Positions 38,643 to 44,713 of a stretch of DNA of 44,713 nt are shown here, piece by piece. The notes under the pieces were generated by a model, which worked only from the letters and a program-made list of their open reading frames with translations, did no database searches and was not told the origin of the DNA. A program made the position numbers and the translations under genes. Source of the stretch: a virus. Every line of letters begins with the position of its first letter. Within the stretch, counting starts at the first letter, position 1. The DNA lies in IMG/VR virus record IMGVR_UViG_3300019458_000012, positions 1 through 44,713 of that record; one strand, written 5' to 3'.

Positions 38643-40627
38643 TGCCCAAGATCGCAACATACACAAACCAAGTGTTCCCCGACGCTGCACCTATGGCGGA
38701 GCTTGCCCGCTCGTCAGCGCAGACAGGGTATTACATCGGCAATATGTGGCAGGAAGGGTTCAACGCTCTTGGCCGTGGCATATCAAAGGTTCAAAGCGGC
38801 ATCGAACAGAGGGCCAACGCGGCCAAAGAATTGGCTGAACAGGAAGACGTTGCCAACTTGACAGTCGCCTATGCAATGAAGAATGCGGATGTTGCAGTTC
38901 GCTGGAAGAAGGCTGTTGCCGAAGCTGATCCCGGTGACGCTTCTTTCCAAGAAAAGTTCATGCAGGACATTTCTGCTGAATACAACATGATCAATGAAGG
39001 CGCGAAGACGCAGAAGGGCCGCTTGTATTCCATGAAAGCCCGCGCCGAAGCGGTGTCTAGCCAGTTCCTGTCTACGTCTGCTGATGTGATGAACCTCCAG
39101 GGTGAAGCCGCTGTCCGATCTGTAAACCAGATTGTTGATGCGTATTCCAGGTCGGCGTCTGATGATCCTGGCAACGTGACTGCATACCATGAACAGCTTG
39201 ATTTGGCATTGGAGGCACAGATCACTGCAAATAATCTGGATGCGAAGGGAGCGTTGAAGCTTCGTTCAGACGCGCACGCTGCTATAGACAAGGCTGCTAT
39301 CGAAGGCATGATATTGAACAATCCGCAGGCGGCATTGAAAGCGTTGGACGATAAGAAGTTTAATTCTACTATCAGCGGCGAAGAAAAGGTTGCCTATACA
39401 AAACAAGCCAACGAGCGCATAAAGATGCTGGAGAGTGACAAAAAAGCTGCTGTTGTAGAGGAACGCAAGGTGCGAGAGCAGGATGCCAAGAATGAATTGA
39501 TTGAAATTGAAAAGAATATCACGATTGACCCTGTAACAAAGAAGGCGGTTGTTCCGAATAATTATTTTACGTTGCTTGACACTTGGGCAAATAATAATAA
39601 AGGATATGTCAGCGACGAGGATGTCAGGGCTGCAAAGAATTATGCCTATTCTAAAATAAATGCTCCAGACGACGGAAACATGGGCATATCAACAGCTATT
39701 GATCCAGTCACGTTCTCTGATTTCAAAAAACGTGCTGGCAACGGAACTCTGACTAATGCAATGATTGATAACGCAGCCGCCGACGGTCTCCTGTCAGACA
39801 AACACCGGACGTTCTTTAAGCAGTGGATAAATGCGCCAGAAGGCGAAAACAAGGAATTGGCGCAGTTTGACAAATATCTCGACGGGTTCAAGAAAATAAT
39901 CATTACATCCTCCATGGGGATCGAAGATGCCGCCGGCACCGCACGGTATGCCGACTTCAATTCCGATATGATGGAGCAGTTGCCTGAATTGAAGAAAGCT
40001 GGTTTCACCAAAGACCAGATTGATGAATATGTCCGCAAGAATGTGGAGGTTTATCAGATTAAGGGGGCTGATGAAGATTTAATGGATGACCGCATGAACG
40101 AGCTTGGTGTGGGCGCGGCTCTCCCTCCGAACGTTGATCCTTTGCCTATCGAACAGAACCGCGTCCCTCTGTCTGATATCCTTGGTGGCGCCGAAAACAA
40201 AGCATCGAGCCGGAGTATTGTTGGTGCATCCCGCAATCCCAAGCTCGCTGAGGATGCATCCAAGGTATTTAATGGGCTGTTGCCGGAAGCCCGTCCAAAG
40301 TTTGAACAGCTTGTGGCAAACCTGGAAGCCCGTGGCGTCCCAATCAAGGTGGTTGAGGGCCGCCGGACACAGGAACGTCAGGCTGAACTGTATTCCCAAG
40401 GCCGTACAGCACCCGGGCAGAAGGTAACCTGGAGCATGAATTCAAAGCACTTGAAGGGCATCGCGCTCGATATCGTCCCTGTTTCAGTTGCGGGCACCCG
40501 TGACTGGTCGCCAGATGATCCAGCGTGGGATATTGTCGGTGAAGAAGCCGCCAAGCTTGGCCTAAAATGGGGCATAACTTCAAAGCCTGGAGAACGCGAT
40601 AAACCTCATATTGAATGGATCGGTTGA
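38642..40627 (+). CDS. Internal virion / ejection protein with a C-terminal peptidase M15 (VanY / L-Ala-D-Glu peptidase-like) domain, 661 aa
   Basis: C-terminus VVEGRRTQERQAELYSQGRT...SKHLKGIALDIVP...GLKWG...DKPHIEW gives the H-x6-D ... H zinc peptidase pattern. Confidence 0.7.
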   Translation: MPKIATYTNQVFPDAAPMAELARSSAQTGYYIGNMWQEGFNALGRGISKVQSGIEQRANAAKELAEQEDVANLTVAYAMKNADVAVRWKKAVAEADPGDASFQEKFMQDISAEYNMINEGAKTQKGRLYSMKARAEAVSSQFLSTSADVMNLQGEAAVRSVNQIVDAYSRSASDDPGNVTAYHEQLDLALEAQITANNLDAKGALKLRSDAHAAIDKAAIEGMILNNPQAALKALDDKKFNSTISGEEKVAYTKQANERIKMLESDKKAAVVEERKVREQDAKNELIEIEKNITIDPVTKKAVVPNNYFTLLDTWANNNKGYVSDEDVRAAKNYAYSKINAPDDGNMGISTAIDPVTFSDFKKRAGNGTLTNAMIDNAAADGLLSDKHRTFFKQWINAPEGENKELAQFDKYLDGFKKIIITSSMGIEDAAGTARYADFNSDMMEQLPELKKAGFTKDQIDEYVRKNVEVYQIKGADEDLMDDRMNELGVGAALPPNVDPLPIEQNRVPLSDILGGAENKASSRSIVGASRNPKLAEDASKVFNGLLPEARPKFEQLVANLEARGVPIKVVEGRRTQERQAELYSQGRTAPGQKVTWSMNSKHLKGIALDIVPVSVAGTRDWSPDDPAWDIVGEEAAKLGLKWGITSKPGERDKPHIEWIG

Positions 40628-40628
40628 T

Positions 40629-43600
40629 ATGGCGCAACCCACCGAAGGCCAGAAACAAATCTTGGACTACCAGGATGCTGGTTACACTGACAAGATGATT
40701 AATACCATCAAGAGCGAACGCAGCAAGGCTGCGCTAGACGCTGGCTACTCGCAGTCTGACATTGACAAATACTGGGGTGATGGTCCCGGTGTTGGCACAG
40801 AAGTATTCAAGAGCATCGCAAAAGACAATCTGATGAAGGCCGGTTGGAAGTACGAGAATTTGCCAATGGCTGATCCGAAGAATGCATTGGACGTATTCGT
40901 TGCATCCTTTGGCATATCAACTTCTGGTCTTCGCTATCGTCGTCCAAAGGAACAGCTTCCTCCCACATCTGAAATGTCCTGGCCAGCGGCATTCGCCAAC
41001 GCTGGCGGCACCCTCATTGGTGACGCTGGAGACATGCTGTTGGGCCTTGGCGGTGCATTTGCTACTACTGCGAACCCGGTTGCCGCCGGTTCCGCGTCGA
41101 TGGCATACCCGGAAGCTATACGCCGTGGCTACCTCTATTCATATGAGAAGGGAAACGTTTCAACTGCAAACATCCTGGAAGGCATGACGAAAGCTCCAGC
41201 AGAAATTGCTAAAGCTGGCCTCATAGGCGCGGCAGGAGGAAAAGCGGGTTCTTTTGCATATAATGCAGCAGAAAAAGTTGCATCGCCTCTGGTTGCTTCC
41301 ATGACCGCAAACATAGCCGGTACTGTTGCCTCAACTGGTGTAGGCGCTGGATTGAACGGGGAGATGCCATCGTTGAAGGACTTCACAGTTGCCAGCGCTA
41401 TGATGGCTCTGTTGCCTGGGTCGCACTACACTCTTGCCAACTCCTTGTTCCGCAAGGCTGGCGCACGGGGTCGCGTTGTATTTTCGGAAGCTGGCGAACG
41501 GATAAAGAGCAACGTCCAACAGATTTGGGCGAAGACCGGCATGAAGCCGACTGACCAGGCCCGCATTGCAGAAGTTGATAAAATCGCCCGGCAGTCAGTA
41601 TTTGCCAAAGACGTTGACGGCCAGGTGATCACTGACGGAGCTTGGGACAAGTGGCGTAAACCTGAGCCTGAGCCCTATAAGGCGAAGGATACAGGGGAAG
41701 TCGAGATTATCGGTGGCATGAAGCCCCCGGAAGAAGGTGCTGACCAGATGACGGTTGCCGGTGAGGTTAACCAGGAGACTGGCATCGCGCCGGTCAAGTC
41801 TGTCACCCCAGAACAGGTTGATGCCATAGTTGACTTTGACGCGCCGGTCACGCCGGAACAGGCTGATGTAATTAATGAGGCTGCACGCAAGTATAAGACG
41901 CCTGACGGTGCCGTTGACCTGGAAGCGGTACTGATAGAGCACGTTGCCGGGGAACCGGCTGCACAGGTCTTCCGCGCGTCAGGAAGGGACCACTCCACCC
42001 TGGACCCTAAAACCCAAAGGTTTCTGGAATACGCCGGTAAAAGGCTCCAGGACGACGGCTACGCCCCTCAGCCAAAGGAAGGGGCTGGTGGAGGGGGCGA
42101 CGGTGGAAAACCTCCTGGTGAGCCTCCTAAAGCATTGGGTGGGCCACCGGAGAAGCCTTTTAACCGGGCATTCGAATTCGTGGTTGAAGATGTTAACTCT
42201 AAGGTTGAAGTGTCAACTTATGCAACTGGATGGCGAGGGCTCCTGGGGCGCTTCCTCAAGTCTTTGCCTGATGCGGATACCGCACGGGAAGCTGGAGCAA
42301 CCTGGCGTGAACTGTCGCCATTGGCCGGAGTGGACAAGATGCTTGGCATCGGGCAGAAGCTTGGTGACCTGGGCATCGAGGCTATCGCACGCCTCCAATA
42401 CTCTGCGGATGATCGTTTCATGTTCCGTCTCAAGAAAGGTGGCGGCGGATACAAGGTCACGACTGATAAGTTCGGCAAACCTCAGTATGAGGCGAACTAT
42501 GATGTGCCGACGATGCAAAGCATTATGTCCAAGGCTGATAAGCTTGAGCATGGGCGCGAAGGCTTCCGCGCGTTCCTGCAAGCACAATCGACTTTCGACC
42601 TGATCAAGTTGGGCAAGAAGACAACGACAACGCTTAAGGAAGCACTTGAAATCGAAAGCAAGGTTCCGGCCAAGGAACGGGAAACCTATCGTGAACTGGC
42701 GCATCTGTATCAGCGCATGATGGACGATAGCTTGTTCGGTGTCATGTCGCATGGCGGCTTGAATGACGATGGCTTCTTCAAATTCAAGCTGGAACGTCCG
42801 CATTACTTCCCACAGAAGGTCTTCATAGCGCTTGATAAAGTCGTGGGCGGCAGCAAACTCAAGCGCCTGTTCAAGAAAGCGAAGGGTCACGACTTCGTAT
42901 TGAAGGATCAATTCCTGTCCACAATGGAAGTTCTCCAGGCACGCGAGCGGTTCAACAGTGCGAACATGACGCGGCTGAATGCTGTCCGTGAGTTGCAGAA
43001 GTTTTTCAAGGCTCCTGGCAAAGACGTTGTTGTCTACGATCCGAAGACAAAGAAGCCTGCAACTGTCACCCTCGATGAAGATGGTGCCCCAGTCGTGGAC
43101 AAGAAGTTCTTCGACTTCAAGGAAGGCGATGCCGAAATCATCTACTACGAGGATGGTCGCCAGAAGTCTTATACAGTTCCGGATTTCGAGGGACGCGATG
43201 TATTCCTGAAATCGTTGCTCAGTAAGAACGTCTTCGAACGTGATGTTGCTGTCACCTTCTTCACGAAGGCGGCGCAGTTCGCACGCTTCACAATTACGAC
43301 TATGCCATCGTATGTTTACCGCATGGTGGTACGCGATGCGTTCGGTCACGCTACTCTGACGAAGTACGGCGGCGCTCCATACGTCAACCTCATGCGTGGT
43401 GCCTTCGACCTGGTTGATACAGCAGCGCATGGTAAGATCACGGGCGGTGACAACCTGGCTCGTGGCAAGGGCAAGTATGACGAAGCGACTTTGAATGGTG
43501 CTGTCGTCGGCGGATTGATTGCGCCCCAGTTCGACGCGTTGCTGAATTCATACACCCACATGGAGCACACTGGCTTCATGGGTGGCGTCATCAATGGTGT

Positions 43601-44713
43601 ATCGCATCCTGTCCAATTCCTGTATCGCGGCCTCCGAATGATGGACAGTACAATCCGCATTGGCGGAACCTACACTGGCGCACGGAAAGAGTTTGGCGCT
43701 ATGGGTGCCGCTGATATGGCTCGCGTGTTTGGTGGTGACTTTGCAGAAAGAAGTATGTCAACTGTCATGAACCAGGTTGCTTCTATCACTCCGTTCTGGA
43801 CTGGTTTCCAGCGTGCCGGTGTAGACAGTGTTGTGAAGGCGTTGAAGAATGATCCTACAGGCTTCGGTCTTCGCGGCATGAAGTACATGACGATGACAGC
43901 TATTGGAATGTACGCTCTCACCGAAGTCTTGGAAGACTGGTACAACGTGCCGGAACCGAGCCGTCAGCGCAATCGTGATCGCAAGATGGCTGACAACTTC
44001 ATGTATATTCCTGTTCCCTGGAATGGTGAGCTTAACAATTTCACTTTGCCGGTGCCACAGGGTATAGGTGCTGTATTCATCTCTCCTGTGCATCGCATCA
44101 TGGCGCATCTTCGTGAGAAAGACCCACGGGCATTCAAGGACTGGGCATACAATGTTGCGTTCAGCTTCACGGGTGCTGCCCCAGTCTTAGACAACCCTGC
44201 GATCAATGCAGTGCTCGAAGGCGCGTCCAACTACGACTTCGGATTTGGCCGCCCGGTTGTACCGGCTCGCTTTGAGAACGTCAGCGGCTACAATGCATAT
44301 CAACCGTGGACTTCTGAAACAGCAAAGTCCATATCGCGCTGGATTGGGGAACCCGGCCTCGATGTTGCCGATGTGACGCCTATAATGATTGAGCACATCC
44401 TGGAGACATTCACCGGTACAGGCGGCAAAGAAATCATGCGCATAATGGATGCCGTTGTAAAGGACAACAAGCCGCCATCTGACTGGGCTAATACTCCGTT
44501 CTTCGGCAGCTTCTTCCTGCGCCATCCCGGCATAAATGCCCAGCCCATCAATGACTTCTATGACGAGCTTGACAAATTCAGGAACCTGAAAGGCGATGTG
44601 GACCAGGCGCGGAAGCGCGGGGATCGTGCTGCTGTCCGCGCAGCGCGGGAACAGTTGCGTGAGGAAGTCAACTTGACCAGGACTGCGGAAGCCATGCAGA
44701 AGATGCGGGCGAT
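40629..44713 (+). CDS. Large internal virion / DNA-ejection protein, 1414 aa, continuing at 124..283 in the circular map
   Basis: I hand-translated from ATG 40629 to the window end with no stop. The frame joins track ORF 8..283. Contains a Gly/Pro-rich linker (GAGGGGDGGKPPGEPP). Function is inferred from size and position. Confidence 0.7.
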   Translation, partial: MAQPTEGQKQILDYQDAGYTDKMINTIKSERSKAALDAGYSQSDIDKYWGDGPGVGTEVFKSIAKDNLMKAGWKYENLPMADPKNALDVFVASFGISTSGLRYRRPKEQLPPTSEMSWPAAFANAGGTLIGDAGDMLLGLGGAFATTANPVAAGSASMAYPEAIRRGYLYSYEKGNVSTANILEGMTKAPAEIAKAGLIGAAGGKAGSFAYNAAEKVASPLVASMTANIAGTVASTGVGAGLNGEMPSLKDFTVASAMMALLPGSHYTLANSLFRKAGARGRVVFSEAGERIKSNVQQIWAKTGMKPTDQARIAEVDKIARQSVFAKDVDGQVITDGAWDKWRKPEPEPYKAKDTGEVEIIGGMKPPEEGADQMTVAGEVNQETGIAPVKSVTPEQVDAIVDFDAPVTPEQADVINEAARKYKTPDGAVDLEAVLIEHVAGEPAAQVFRASGRDHSTLDPKTQRFLEYAGKRLQDDGYAPQPKEGAGGGGDGGKPPGEPPKALGGPPEKPFNRAFEFVVEDVNSKVEVSTYATGWRGLLGRFLKSLPDADTAREAGATWRELSPLAGVDKMLGIGQKLGDLGIEAIARLQYSADDRFMFRLKKGGGGYKVTTDKFGKPQYEANYDVPTMQSIMSKADKLEHGREGFRAFLQAQSTFDLIKLGKKTTTTLKEALEIESKVPAKERETYRELAHLYQRMMDDSLFGVMSHGGLNDDGFFKFKLERPHYFPQKVFIALDKVVGGSKLKRLFKKAKGHDFVLKDQFLSTMEVLQARERFNSANMTRLNAVRELQKFFKAPGKDVVVYDPKTKKPATVTLDEDGAPVVDKKFFDFKEGDAEIIYYEDGRQKSYTVPDFEGRDVFLKSLLSKNVFERDVAVTFFTKAAQFARFTITTMPSYVYRMVVRDAFGHATLTKYGGAPYVNLMRGAFDLVDTAAHGKITGGDNLARGKGKYDEATLNGAVVGGLIAPQFDALLNSYTHMEHTGFMGGVINGVSHPVQFLYRGLRMMDSTIRIGGTYTGARKEFGAMGAADMARVFGGDFAERSMSTVMNQVASITPFWTGFQRAGVDSVVKALKNDPTGFGLRGMKYMTMTAIGMYALTEVLEDWYNVPEPSRQRNRDRKMADNFMYIPVPWNGELNNFTLPVPQGIGAVFISPVHRIMAHLREKDPRAFKDWAYNVAFSFTGAAPVLDNPAINAVLEGASNYDFGFGRPVVPARFENVSGYNAYQPWTSETAKSISRWIGEPGLDVADVTPIMIEHILETFTGTGGKEIMRIMDAVVKDNKPPSDWANTPFFGSFFLRHPGINAQPINDFYDELDKFRNLKGDVDQARKRGDRAAVRAAREQLREEVNLTRTAEAMQKMRA
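44591..44713. repeat. Terminal overlap copy 2, identical to 1-123
   Basis: Exact match read by eye. Confidence 0.95.

Noticed and set aside
42213-43430. 405-aa ORF on the - strand
   Set aside because: It is antisense to the uninterrupted 1414-aa virion gene. Composition is junk-like and it does not fit the surrounding + strand late operon.
1-44713. Phage-encoded single-subunit RNA polymerase, expected from the T7-like structural gene order
   Set aside because: No ORF of suitable size or motif content exists. All ORFs over 500 aa are accounted for: polymerase, SNF2, prim-pol, terL, portal, tail and internal proteins.

Overview
The window is a complete, circularly closed tailed-phage genome. 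Bases 1-123 recur exactly at 44591-44713, so the unique length is 44590 bp. A 1414-aa virion gene (40629..end) continues in frame into 1..283 across that junction.

There are two transcription blocks:
- A + strand late block runs from terS at 23977 across the junction to the lysis cassette ending at 4092. It has T7-like podovirus gene order: terS/terL, gp8-like portal, scaffold, capsid, tubular proteins A and B, three internal/ejection proteins, fibre-like proteins, lysis.
- A - strand early/middle block runs from 23483 down to 4076. It carries many small unknown genes and a replication module: SNF2 helicase, Cas4-like nuclease, SSB, family-A DNA polymerase, resolvase-like nuclease, metallophosphoesterase, HD hydrolase, SprT-like protease. 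One gene in this block is inverted, the prim-pol/helicase at 15700..17538 (+).

I found no phage RNA polymerase, integrase, lysogeny repressor, complete tRNA or CRISPR array. Six near-consensus TTGACA-type promoters suggest dependence on host sigma-70 RNAP. Gene starts are heavily translationally coupled through TAATG/ATGA overlaps.

The points I consider most worth follow-up:
1. A protein that fuses a sigma-70 region-4 HTH to an RNAP alpha-CTD-like domain.
2. Three intergenic cassettes, each a hairpin plus the 18-bp quasi-palindrome GATATCGCTAGTGATATC. Two lie inside 75-bp perfect repeats whose hairpin mimics a tRNA T-arm minihelix.
3. A perfect 31-bp tandem duplication at a gene junction.
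4. Mutually overlapping divergent promoters at the inverted primase gene.
5. A GH24 endolysin with a C-terminal membrane anchor.
6. An endonuclease-III-like HhH motif protein.
7. A noncoding island with 8-bp iterons, and a strong G-quadruplex motif in the early/late control region.

All functional calls come from motif reading by eye. No database search was run.
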